Shown: positions 9,999-18,073 of the stretch, piece after piece
Layout: every line of letters starts with the position of its first letter
Position numbering within the stretch: the stretch's first letter is position 1
Source: Pseudoalteromonas translucida KMM 520
GTDB taxonomy: Bacteria; Pseudomonadota; Gammaproteobacteria; Enterobacterales; Alteromonadaceae
Length of the DNA stretch: 32,000 nt
Assembly: GCF_001465295.1 (NCBI RefSeq)
Contig: NZ_CP011034.1
Coordinates: forward strand, 2,220,001-2,252,000
Direction: 5' to 3'
Made by a program: the position numbers and the translations under genes
Notes under the pieces: generated by a model
What the model was told of the DNA's origin: nothing
The model's input: only the letters and a program-made list of their open reading frames with translations
Database searches by the model: none

Positions 9999-10749
9999 AA
10001 AAATAAGTGCCCTGCTATTATGTGTGGGCACTTTACTTCCAACTAGCCTTATTGCCGGCGAATTGACACAGTACGAAGCTAAGTATGATATTTTACGCAA
10101 AGGTAAAAATCATGGTGAAGCCGTGCGTGAACTCAAAAAGATAAGTGACGATAACTACGAGTTAACCTATCACAGCAATATTGAGTGGATGATTTTTTCT
10201 GACTCACGCCAGGAAACCTCTAAATTTACCTTTAAAGATGGCAAAGTGAGCCCGCATCATTATTCAATGATCCGTACCGGCACTGGTCCTGATAAAGACT
10301 ACAACATTGATTTTGATGCACAAAAAAAAGTCGTTAACAGTAGCCGCAGCGAATATCCGCTTGAATGTGAATGGACTGATGACTTTCAAGATGCTATTTC
10401 GTATCAGGTGCAAGTACGCGAAGGTTTGAAAAAAGGCGAAACCAGTTTTTCATTCCCATTAATCGATAAAAAAGGTAATCGCCGCGACTACAATTTTGAA
10501 GTTGTTGCAACAGAGATGATTTCATTACCTATCGGCAACGTAGAAGCAATTAAAGTAAAACGCTTATACGATAATGACAAACGCCAAGCACTTGCTTGGT
10601 TTGCACCAGAAATGGATTACATGTTAGTGCGTATGTGGAAAGGTGAAAAAGGAATGGAACAATTTGAAGTGCAAATAAACTCATTTACCGTGACAACACC
10701 TGTCATTGCCCCACCTGCTGATATTAAAAAAGTAACAAGCCCAGAGTAA
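9943..10749 (+). CDS. Secreted DUF3108-like protein (start uncertain: GTG 9913 or ATG 9943)
   Basis: The ORF overlaps the purN 3' end. Hydrophobic signal-like segment KKISALLLCVGTLLPTSLIAGE. DUF3108 genes commonly follow purN in related gammaproteobacteria (from memory). Confidence 0.6.
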   Translation: MQFLTKQNFLHTARSTHNKKISALLLCVGTLLPTSLIAGELTQYEAKYDILRKGKNHGEAVRELKKISDDNYELTYHSNIEWMIFSDSRQETSKFTFKDGKVSPHHYSMIRTGTGPDKDYNIDFDAQKKVVNSSRSEYPLECEWTDDFQDAISYQVQVREGLKKGETSFSFPLIDKKGNRRDYNFEVVATEMISLPIGNVEAIKVKRLYDNDKRQALAWFAPEMDYMLVRMWKGEKGMEQFEVQINSFTVTTPVIAPPADIKKVTSPE

Positions 10750-10795
10750 GCAATTATTTTTAGCTACAAATGGCTTTATTACTATTAGTTTATAT

Positions 10796-10823
10796 AAAGC
10801 GCGATGCAAATCGCGCTTTTTTT
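10796..10823 (+). terminator. Rho-independent terminator
   Basis: gcgcgat-gcaa-atcgcgc stem-loop (10799-10816) followed by T7. An A-rich 5' flank could allow bidirectional use. Confidence 0.8.
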
Positions 10824-10864
10824 ATACGTTTTGTTTCGCGATTAAATCTAAAAGTTAAACTTTA

Positions 10865-11299
10865 TTAAGCCTCACTTTGCTGCTGCGCAGAAGCTGGCAA
10901 GCCAAAAACTCGATCGAACGCCCATGTAAAAACAATTGCATAAACAAAAAAGAATACAAAAAACCCAAGGTTCGCTATAAACGCACTCAGCACTGAAATT
11001 TTCAACCACAGCGCCATAACCGGTACTAAAATTAAAACAAGGCCACCTTCAAAGCCAATTCCGTGTAATAAGCGACGATTGAATGAGCGACCTTTTATTG
11101 TTTGCTGAGACTCCCAGCGTTCAAATAACGCGTTAAATATATAGTTCCAGCTAAGTGCTACGCTGGATAATACAAAAGCGAGGCCTATCGCCGAAGTTGC
11201 TGATTTATCAAACATAAAACTTATAATAGGGCCAACAAAAGCAATGGCAAATAATTCATACAACACAGCTTGTAGAATACGGCGTTTTTTAGGAGTCAT
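10865..11299 (-). CDS. PACE-family (AceI-like) small multidrug/polyamine efflux protein
   Basis: 144 aa with four TM helices as two tandem BTP repeats. KRRILQAVLYE...WNYIFNALFERWE and RLLHGIGFEGGL...FTWAFDRVFGLP parallel the AceI repeat motifs. Confidence 0.75.
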   Translation of the reverse strand: MTPKKRRILQAVLYELFAIAFVGPIISFMFDKSATSAIGLAFVLSSVALSWNYIFNALFERWESQQTIKGRSFNRRLLHGIGFEGGLVLILVPVMALWLKISVLSAFIANLGFFVFFFVYAIVFTWAFDRVFGLPASAQQQSEA

Positions 11300-11417
11300 A
11301 ATATAATTCCGATAATAAATAATGTACTGGGTCAGCTCAATATAAAAGCTCGCGTCTACTTTACTACAACAATTTTTAGCGCTCTCAACTAAGCGCTAAA
11401 TGCTAAAAATGACAAAC

Positions 11418-12182
11418 TTAAATCAATTCACCCATCTTAAATAATACAAACTCACCCGGCTGCATTTTTTTCCAGCGTTCGTCGTTAGTCAGTGGTTTTG
11501 TTGCTATAACACTAACAACATCGTTGGGCGTGGTTTCTTCGTTAAAATCAACCACCATGTCAGCATCAATAAGCGTCGCTTTTCCAAAGGGCGCACGGCG
11601 AGTTATGTAATGTAAGTTATTGGTACAGTAAGCTAAAACAAATACGCCATCGGTCAGCAGCATATTAAATACGCCCTTTTCGCGCAGCGTATGCGAAAGC
11701 GTTGCTGCATAACGAAATACCGATGCCATATCCTCTGGCTTATTTGGGTACTTAGTGCGTATTTGATCCAGCAGCCAGCAAAAAGCCAACTCACTGTCAG
11801 TATCGCCAACAGGTCGGTAATGATCTGGCTTTAAATCATGATAATTAGATAACTGGCCGTTATGCGCATAAGTAATTTCGCGCCCCCATAGTTCACGCGT
11901 AAACGGATGCGTGTTTTCAAGGCACACTTTGCCACGGTTACCTTGGCGAATATGGCTAATAACCGACACACTTTTAATTGGGTATGCTTTAACTAACTTA
12001 GCAATTTCTGACTGGTAGCTTGGCTGCGGATCTTTAAAGGTTCTGCAGCCTTTACCTTCGTAAAATGTAATACCCCAACCATCTCTATGTGGCCCGGTAT
12101 TACCGCCGCGCTCTAGCAGCCCCGAAAAACTAAAACAAATATCTGTAGGCACATTCGCCGACATGCCAAGCAATTCACACAT
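11418..12182 (-). CDS. yafJ: Class II (Ntn) glutamine amidotransferase, YafJ family
   Basis: Starts MCELLGMSAN, with the Cys2 nucleophile. HRDGWGI and THPF blocks are present. 254 aa. Confidence 0.85.
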   Translation of the reverse strand: MCELLGMSANVPTDICFSFSGLLERGGNTGPHRDGWGITFYEGKGCRTFKDPQPSYQSEIAKLVKAYPIKSVSVISHIRQGNRGKVCLENTHPFTRELWGREITYAHNGQLSNYHDLKPDHYRPVGDTDSELAFCWLLDQIRTKYPNKPEDMASVFRYAATLSHTLREKGVFNMLLTDGVFVLAYCTNNLHYITRRAPFGKATLIDADMVVDFNEETTPNDVVSVIATKPLTNDERWKKMQPGEFVLFKMGELI

Positions 12183-12462
12183 AAAATAAATAACCTTTAA
12201 ACCACGTATTAATAAATAACGTTATATTTTTATATTAAGCGTACACTATTTAGTTATGTGTACAGGCGTCTATATTTACTTAAAAAATAACATTTTACTA
12301 TCAGATTAAATTTTTTTTGTCGCTATGAATGTATAGACTAAAGCTGTAACTTACTTTATTAACGTTGGCTCTATTAAATGAGCTGCTTTTTACGGTTATT
12401 TCGATCAAAATTTAACTACGTAAGGTACTTGAAACTTAGCGTTACTAGCGCTACTCTAACCA

Positions 12463-12479
12463 AGGTGGTCTGACCTCTA
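12463..12479. promoter_or_regulatory. FadR-like operator just upstream of the fadE RBS
   Basis: AGGTGGTCTGACCTCTA contains the dyad core TGGTCTGACC. This matches the centre of the FadR consensus ANCTGGTCNGACCAGNT. The outer positions are degenerate. Confidence 0.5.
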
Positions 12480-12493
12480 ATAAGGAATTAGCA

Positions 12494-14953
12494 ATGACAC
12501 TCATATTTACACTCGGTTTAATCGCACTGCTCAGCGCAGCGGTTTACCACAGAGCAAGTTGGAACACCGCACTTGGTGTTTCTATTGCAACATTATTAAT
12601 TGGTACCTTTGCGGGTGCTTTTGGTTTAATTAGTTGGATAATATTTTTAATTATAGCGGTGCCTCTTTCTGTTACTGGTATTCGCCAGCAATATATTGTT
12701 AAGCCTCTTTTTGCTATGTTTAAAAAAGTAACGCCTAGCATGTCTGATACTGAAAAGTCAGCCATTGATGCAGGTACAACATGGTGGGAAGCTGATTTAT
12801 TTTGTGGTAACCCAGATTGGAAAAAGTTACACCAATACCCAGTGCCTAAGCTAACTATTGAAGAACAAGCCTTTATCGATGGCCCTGTTGAAGTAGTGTG
12901 CAGCATGCTCGATGACTGGGAAGCAACACACGAACTTACCGATCTTCCTCAAGATGTATGGCAATACCTAAAAGATAACAAATTTTTTGCCATGATCATC
13001 AAAAAAGAATATGGCGGTTTACAGTTCTCAGCATTTGCACAGTCGTGCGTACTACAAAAGCTAACCAGTAAATCAACCTTACTTTCGTCAATTGTTGGTG
13101 TACCAAACTCATTAGGCCCAGGTGAATTACTTCAACACTACGGCACAAAAGAGCAAAAAGACCATTACTTACCGCGCCTTGCCAGTGGCCAAGAAATTCC
13201 ATGTTTTGCATTAACCTCGCCAGAAGCAGGTTCTGATGCAAGCTCAATTCCAGACTACGGTGTAGTGTGTAAAGGGCAATGGAAAGGCGAAGAAGTTGTA
13301 GGTGTTAGCCTTACATGGAACAAGCGTTATATTACGCTTGCACCCGTTGCTACGGTGCTAGGGCTGGCATTTAAATTACAAGACCCTGATGGTTTAATTG
13401 GTGATAATAAAGAGCCAGGTATTACCTGTGCACTTATACCTACCGATACTCCAGGGGTTGAAATTGGTCGTCGCCACTTCCCGCTTAATGTGCCGTTTCA
13501 AAATGGTCCTACGCAGGGTAAAGATATATTCGTACCGCTTGATTACATTATTGGTGGGCCAGATATGGCAGGCCAAGGCTGGCGTATGCTGGTTGAGTGT
13601 TTATCGGTTGGCCGTGCAATTACATTGCCGTCAAACTCAGCCGGTGGCATTAAAATGATTGCCGTTGCAACAGGTGCCTACAGCCGTATTCGTCGCCAGT
13701 TCCGCTTACCTATTGGTAAAATGGAAGGCGTTGAAGAGTCGTTAGCAAAACTTGCCGGTTATGCATATAGCTCTGATGCTGCAGTAAGCATGTCTACCGG
13801 TGCGGTAGATTTAGGCGAAAAACCTTCGGTTGTTTCGGCTATTATTAAATACCACCTTACAGAACAAATGCGTGACTCTACCCTACACGCCATGGACGTA
13901 CTTGGCGGTAAGGGGATCATGCTTGGGCCAAATAACTATTTAGGTCGTGGTTATCAAGGTGCACCTATTGCGATTACCGTTGAAGGTGCCAACATTTTGA
14001 CCCGTAATATGATTATTTATGGTCAAGGTGCAATTCGCTGTCATCCGTTTGTACTTACCGAACTAGGTGCGTGCGAAATTGAAGACCGTGAAGAAGCGCT
14101 AAACGTATTTGATAAAGCATTAATGGGTCACATTGGTTTTACCATGTCTAACCTTGTACGCACTAAATGGCTCGCGTTAACAGGTGCTCGTTTTACAAGT
14201 GTGCCATACAAAGACGAAACCGCTGAGTTTTATCGTATAGCGTCGCGCTTTAGTGCATCACTTGCACTTATGTCTGACATTAGCATGGCAGTATTTGGTG
14301 GCTCACTAAAACGTAAAGAGCGTATCTCTGCTCGCTTAGGTGACTTACTAAGCTACCTATACTTGGTGTCTGCAACGCTTAAACGTTATAACGACGAAGG
14401 CCGTAAAAAAGAAGACTTCCCGCTAGTACAGTGGAGCTGTCAAGATCATCTGTATCATTGTCAACGTGCACTTGCTGATTTAATTAATAACATGCCTTCT
14501 GCTCCACTGCGTGGCGTATTAAAAGTATTGTTATTCCCGTTTGGCCGTCCGGTTCGTAAACCTACCGACCAGCTTGAACACAAATTAGCGCAAATACTAC
14601 AAGTACCTAGCGAAACGCGTAATCGTTTGGCAAGCTATGTGTATTTAACAAATGAGCCACTTAACCTTGTAGGTCGTCAAGAGCAAACGCTTAAAGACGT
14701 ACTTGAAGTTGAGCCATTATTTGACCGGGTATGTAAAGAAAAAGGCCTTAAACTGCCATTCTTTCAGCTTGATAAAGTAGCGCAAATGGGCCTAGAGGCT
14801 GGTATTTTAAGCCAAGCAGAAGCTGACAAGTTAGCCGCTGTAGAACAAGCTCGTTTAGACGTTATAAACGTTGACGACTTTGATCCTGCCGATTTACTCG
14901 CTGGTAAAGCAGCTCGTAATAATAAACCTAAAAAGGCTGATGCAGCTAAATAA
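12494..14953 (+). CDS. fadE: Acyl-CoA dehydrogenase, long FadE type (819 aa)
   Basis: N-terminal TM segments followed by an ACAD core ([23 protein letters not shown]) and a long C-terminal extension, as in E. coli FadE. AAGGA RBS. Confidence 0.92.
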   Translation: MTLIFTLGLIALLSAAVYHRASWNTALGVSIATLLIGTFAGAFGLISWIIFLIIAVPLSVTGIRQQYIVKPLFAMFKKVTPSMSDTEKSAIDAGTTWWEADLFCGNPDWKKLHQYPVPKLTIEEQAFIDGPVEVVCSMLDDWEATHELTDLPQDVWQYLKDNKFFAMIIKKEYGGLQFSAFAQSCVLQKLTSKSTLLSSIVGVPNSLGPGELLQHYGTKEQKDHYLPRLASGQEIPCFALTSPEAGSDASSIPDYGVVCKGQWKGEEVVGVSLTWNKRYITLAPVATVLGLAFKLQDPDGLIGDNKEPGITCALIPTDTPGVEIGRRHFPLNVPFQNGPTQGKDIFVPLDYIIGGPDMAGQGWRMLVECLSVGRAITLPSNSAGGIKMIAVATGAYSRIRRQFRLPIGKMEGVEESLAKLAGYAYSSDAAVSMSTGAVDLGEKPSVVSAIIKYHLTEQMRDSTLHAMDVLGGKGIMLGPNNYLGRGYQGAPIAITVEGANILTRNMIIYGQGAIRCHPFVLTELGACEIEDREEALNVFDKALMGHIGFTMSNLVRTKWLALTGARFTSVPYKDETAEFYRIASRFSASLALMSDISMAVFGGSLKRKERISARLGDLLSYLYLVSATLKRYNDEGRKKEDFPLVQWSCQDHLYHCQRALADLINNMPSAPLRGVLKVLLFPFGRPVRKPTDQLEHKLAQILQVPSETRNRLASYVYLTNEPLNLVGRQEQTLKDVLEVEPLFDRVCKEKGLKLPFFQLDKVAQMGLEAGILSQAEADKLAAVEQARLDVINVDDFDPADLLAGKAARNNKPKKADAAK

Positions 14954-14980
14954 GCCCAGCATCTACTTTTAAGTTATAAA

Positions 14981-15009
14981 AGCCAGCACATTATGTGCTG
15001 GCTTTTTTG
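14981..15009 (+). terminator. Rho-independent terminator after fadE
   Basis: agccagcaca-tta-tgtgctggct 10-bp stem followed by TTTTTT. Confidence 0.85.
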
Positions 15010-15144
15010 TGTGTAAGATTTTGATACACTTTTATTGTACATAAAACCAGCCATTCATTGCGTTTAAAAACTGTTCAGGTAAAACTGCTATAAATACTTT
15101 AACCTAAATTCGGGTTATAAAAACAACAGTGAAGGAACGTAACA

Positions 15145-17085
15145 ATGAAGCAAATTATTAAACTTACAATAATTACATGCGCAGTTACCCTAGCGCTCTC
15201 TGGTTGCAGTGAATCAACCAACTCATCCTCATATACAGCCCCGCTAACCAGCTCTAAAGCGCATGTAAAAGAACTGAGCACTTACTCAGCTGAAACATTT
15301 TTTGATACCACCTCAATTATGGGGAGTAGCTTTTCACCCCATGGCGATAAAATTTTAGTCAGTAGTGATGAAAGTGGCATTTACAGCCTATATGAGGTTA
15401 ATGCCCAAACAGGCGGCAAAACTCGCTTAACCGATTTTACCGACAGCACCTACCCTATCCGCTACTTTCCAAATGATGAGCGGGTGTTGTTTACCAAAGA
15501 CACGGGCGGTAACGAACGCTTTCATATTTATGTACGCGAAACTGACGGCACAGTAAAAGACTTAACCCCAGGGGATGAAACCCGTGCTAGTTTTGCCGGC
15601 TTCACTAAAAATGCCAGCCAATTTTTTATTACCAGCAATCAGCGTGATGCTAAGTTTATGGATTTATATCGCGTTAATAGTAAAACCTATAAAGTGACGC
15701 CTGTTTATCAAAATACTTTAGGACTAAATGTAGGTGCAATAAGCCCAAATGGTCGTTTTATTGCGCTGTCTAAAAGTAATAGCAACAAAGACAGCGATAC
15801 CTTTATTTTAGATACTTATACTAAAACACTAAAGCCACAGTTAATTTCAAAACACCATACACCCGCTCAATATAGCCCTGAAACCTTCTCTGCGGATAAC
15901 AAATACTTATACTACTCTACAGACGCTAAAGGCGAGTTTTCGCAGGTGTGGCGTTATGACCTAGCTTCTGGCGAGCACAGCCCAGCTTTAGCCGATGACT
16001 GGGACGTAAGCTTTATTTATTTTTCAACGTCAGGGCGTTACCAGGTAAGTGGCGTGAACGCCGATGCCAGCACCAAAGTAACCGTGATCGATACGCAAAC
16101 GAATAAAGAAATTGCCATGCCTAAGCTACCGGCAGGTAATTTACGGGGTGTGAGCTTTTCAGCTGATGAGCAAAGCATGGCCTTTTATTTAAATTCAGAC
16201 ACTGCACCTAGTAATTTATTTGTATGGCAAGTAGGCAGTAATAACGCGCAGCAATTAACTAATACACTCAGTAAAAAAATTAACCAAAACGATTTAGTGC
16301 AAAGCACTATAGTACGTTTTAAGAGCTTTGATGGTTTAGAAATACCAGGTGTTTTATATAAACCCAAGCAAGCGAGTAGCACCAACAAAGTGCCTGCGTT
16401 AATTTGGGTGCACGGTGGGCCGGGCGGACAAAGCCGCACCGGTTATAGTGCAATGCAACAGCATTTGGTAAATCATGGTTACGCCATTTTTGCAGTTAAT
16501 AATCGAGGCAGCTCGGGCTATGGTAAAACCTTTTTTCATTTAGATGATAAAAAGCACGGCACCGATGACCTTCAAGATATTGTATACGGCAAAAAACATT
16601 TACAGAGCTTAGAGTGGGTCGATACCGATAAAATTGGCATTATGGGTGGTAGCTATGGCGGCTTTATGACCGCGGCAGCCCTTGCCTTTGAACCCGAAGA
16701 GTTTAAAGTTGGGATTAATATTTTTGGAGTTACCAACTGGGTACGTACACTTAATTCTATTCCACCTTGGTGGGAGAGCTTTAAAAAGTCGCTGTACGAC
16801 GAAATGGGCGACCCGGCAACAGACGGTGATCGTCACCGCGCCATTTCACCGTTATTCCACGCTAAAAACATCATCAAGCCACTTATGGTTATTCAAGGCG
16901 CTAACGATCCGCGCGTGTTACAAGTTGAAAGTGATGAGCTTGTAGCTGCAGTTAAAGCCAATGGCGTACCAGTTGAGTATGTATTGTTTGACGATGAAGG
17001 CCATGGTTTTAGCAAAAAAGAAAATCGGATCACGGCATCAAACGCTTACTTGAAATTTTTAGAGCAGTATTTAAAAGCTGAATAA
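15145..17085 (+). CDS. S9-family serine peptidase (prolyl oligopeptidase/DPP type), lipoprotein
   Basis: Lipobox LALSGC, then an N-terminal beta-propeller-like region. The catalytic triad contexts are GGSYGG, QGANDPRV and DEGHGF. Confidence 0.88.
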   Translation: MKQIIKLTIITCAVTLALSGCSESTNSSSYTAPLTSSKAHVKELSTYSAETFFDTTSIMGSSFSPHGDKILVSSDESGIYSLYEVNAQTGGKTRLTDFTDSTYPIRYFPNDERVLFTKDTGGNERFHIYVRETDGTVKDLTPGDETRASFAGFTKNASQFFITSNQRDAKFMDLYRVNSKTYKVTPVYQNTLGLNVGAISPNGRFIALSKSNSNKDSDTFILDTYTKTLKPQLISKHHTPAQYSPETFSADNKYLYYSTDAKGEFSQVWRYDLASGEHSPALADDWDVSFIYFSTSGRYQVSGVNADASTKVTVIDTQTNKEIAMPKLPAGNLRGVSFSADEQSMAFYLNSDTAPSNLFVWQVGSNNAQQLTNTLSKKINQNDLVQSTIVRFKSFDGLEIPGVLYKPKQASSTNKVPALIWVHGGPGGQSRTGYSAMQQHLVNHGYAIFAVNNRGSSGYGKTFFHLDDKKHGTDDLQDIVYGKKHLQSLEWVDTDKIGIMGGSYGGFMTAAALAFEPEEFKVGINIFGVTNWVRTLNSIPPWWESFKKSLYDEMGDPATDGDRHRAISPLFHAKNIIKPLMVIQGANDPRVLQVESDELVAAVKANGVPVEYVLFDDEGHGFSKKENRITASNAYLKFLEQYLKAE

Positions 17086-17105
17086 GTTTGCGCTGATTAA
17101 TTTAT

Positions 17106-17129
17106 GCCTGCATTTTTGTGGGCTTTTTT
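17106..17129 (+). terminator. Possible terminator of the peptidase gene
   Basis: gcctgca-tttt-tgtgggc (7 bp including 2 G-U pairs) followed by TTTTTT. Confidence 0.45.
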
Positions 17130-17172
17130 ATGTGCTAAGGAATATAGAATATAATTCATGATTGTATTTAAA

Positions 17173-17195
17173 CTTGTTATTGAGGAAATAACAAG
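17173..17195 (-). terminator. Possible terminator of the tRNA-Asp array
   Basis: cttgttat-tgaggaa-ataacaag 8-bp hairpin abutting the 3' end of the last tRNA. On the minus strand it is followed by UUUAAAU. Confidence 0.4.
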
Positions 17196-17272
17196 TGGCG
17201 GAGTGGACGGGACTCGAACCCGCGACCCCCGGCGTGACAGGCCGGTATTCTAACCAACTGAACTACCACTCC
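17196..17272 (-). tRNA. tRNA-Asp (GUC), copy 7 (promoter-distal)
   Basis: The reverse complement is GGAGTGGTAGTTCAGTTGGTTAGAATACCGGCCTGTCACGCCGGGGGTCGCGGGTTCGAGTCCCGTCCACTCCGCCA. It folds as a cloverleaf with anticodon stem CCGGC/GCCGG, loop CUGUCAC and an encoded CCA. It is close to E. coli tRNA-Asp. Confidence 0.97.
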
Positions 17273-17326
17273 GCAGTGGTATGTGCATGGGGTAATGCAC
17301 TTACTAATTTTGTTACTGATATCAAA

Positions 17327-17403
17327 TGGCGGAGTGGACGGGACTCGAACCCGCGACCCCCGGCGTGACAGGCCGGTATTCTAACCAACTGAACTACCAC
17401 TCC
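17327..17403 (-). tRNA. tRNA-Asp (GUC), copy 6
   Basis: Identical 77-nt sequence. Confidence 0.97.
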
Positions 17404-17452
17404 GCAGAGATATCATATTACTTTATTACTGTACTTGTATTACTTAATTTGT

Positions 17453-17529
17453 TGGCGGAGTGGACGGGACTCGAACCCGCGACCCCCGGCGTGACAGGCC
17501 GGTATTCTAACCAACTGAACTACCACTCC
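17453..17529 (-). tRNA. tRNA-Asp (GUC), copy 5
   Basis: Identical 77-nt sequence. Confidence 0.97.
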
Positions 17530-17562
17530 AGCGTATATTTAAACTGTTATCTTTTTTCTTAT

Positions 17563-17639
17563 TGGCGGAGTGGACGGGACTCGAACCCGCGACCCCCGGC
17601 GTGACAGGCCGGTATTCTAACCAACTGAACTACCACTCC
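17563..17639 (-). tRNA. tRNA-Asp (GUC), copy 4
   Basis: Identical 77-nt sequence. Confidence 0.97.
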
Positions 17640-17677
17640 AGCATACAAATTTTATACTATAACAATGTTTAAATAGT

Positions 17678-17754
17678 TGGCGGAGTGGACGGGACTCGAA
17701 CCCGCGACCCCCGGCGTGACAGGCCGGTATTCTAACCAACTGAACTACCACTCC
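17678..17754 (-). tRNA. tRNA-Asp (GUC), copy 3
   Basis: Identical 77-nt sequence. Confidence 0.97.
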
Positions 17755-17795
17755 AGAATAAGAATATGTTTTACAACCATATGTTGTGTAAGCGT

Positions 17796-17872
17796 TGGCG
17801 GAGTGGACGGGACTCGAACCCGCGACCCCCGGCGTGACAGGCCGGTATTCTAACCAACTGAACTACCACTCC
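17796..17872 (-). tRNA. tRNA-Asp (GUC), copy 2
   Basis: Identical 77-nt sequence. Confidence 0.97.
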
Positions 17873-17898
17873 AGTTTTGCTTACAAGTTTTCGAAAAT

Positions 17899-17975
17899 TG
17901 GCGGAGTGGACGGGACTCGAACCCGCGACCCCCGGCGTGACAGGCCGGTATTCTAACCAACTGAACTACCACTCC
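17899..17975 (-). tRNA. tRNA-Asp (GUC), copy 1 (promoter-proximal)
   Basis: Identical 77-nt sequence. Confidence 0.97.
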
Positions 17976-18017
17976 ACATTTTCGTTGCTGTTTGAGTCTC
18001 CCCTGACAGCGGCGTGA

Positions 18018-18046
18018 ATAATACGAACCAGCCCCTATTTCGTCAA
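18018..18046 (-). promoter_or_regulatory. Sigma70 promoter of the tRNA-Asp array with a GC-rich discriminator
   Basis: The minus strand reads cccTTGACGaaataggggctggttcgTATTATtcacgccgc. The -35 TTGACG is at 18046-18041, the spacer is 17 nt, and the -10 TATTAT is at 18023-18018. A GC-rich discriminator follows and an A/T-rich UP-like tract (aaaaaacctaaataaaagcgaaaaa) lies upstream. Confidence 0.7.
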
Positions 18047-18073
18047 GGGCTTTTTCGCTTTTATTTAGGTTTT

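Larger units (their letters stand above)
17196..17975 (-). repeat. Tandem array of 7 identical 77-nt tRNA-Asp units with unrelated A/T-rich spacers
   Basis: Spacer lengths on the + strand are 54, 49, 33, 38, 41 and 26 nt. The repeat units looked identical by eye and the spacers share no obvious similarity. Confidence 0.95.

Noticed and set aside
11376-11399. 8-bp inverted repeat TTAGCGCT-N8-AGCGCTAA, considered as a yafJ terminator.
   Set aside because: The T-run lies on the wrong side for either strand, so it is not a canonical intrinsic terminator. I kept it only as a possible operator in the PACE finding.
12544-13658. Several 60-120-aa ORFs inside fadE (12544-12906, 12999-13247, 13394-13576, 13398-13658). 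There are similar nested ORFs inside purA-like, cmoA, purM, the peptidase, dnaQ, rnhA, gloB, mltD and the kinase/NTase genes.
   Set aside because: All are embedded in or antisense to long ORFs with clear family motifs. None has independent motif or RBS support.
17326-17604. 92-aa ORF (MAEWTGLEPATPGVTGRYSNQLNYHS..., with an internal repeat).
   Set aside because: It is a read-through translation of the antisense of three tRNA-Asp copies. The internal repeat in the peptide simply mirrors the tRNA repeat.
17196-17975. A regular 77-nt repeat with variable spacers that superficially resembles a CRISPR array.
   Set aside because: The repeat folds as a complete tRNA-Asp cloverleaf with anticodon GUC and an encoded CCA. 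Spacer lengths vary widely (26-54 nt) and no cas genes or leader are present.
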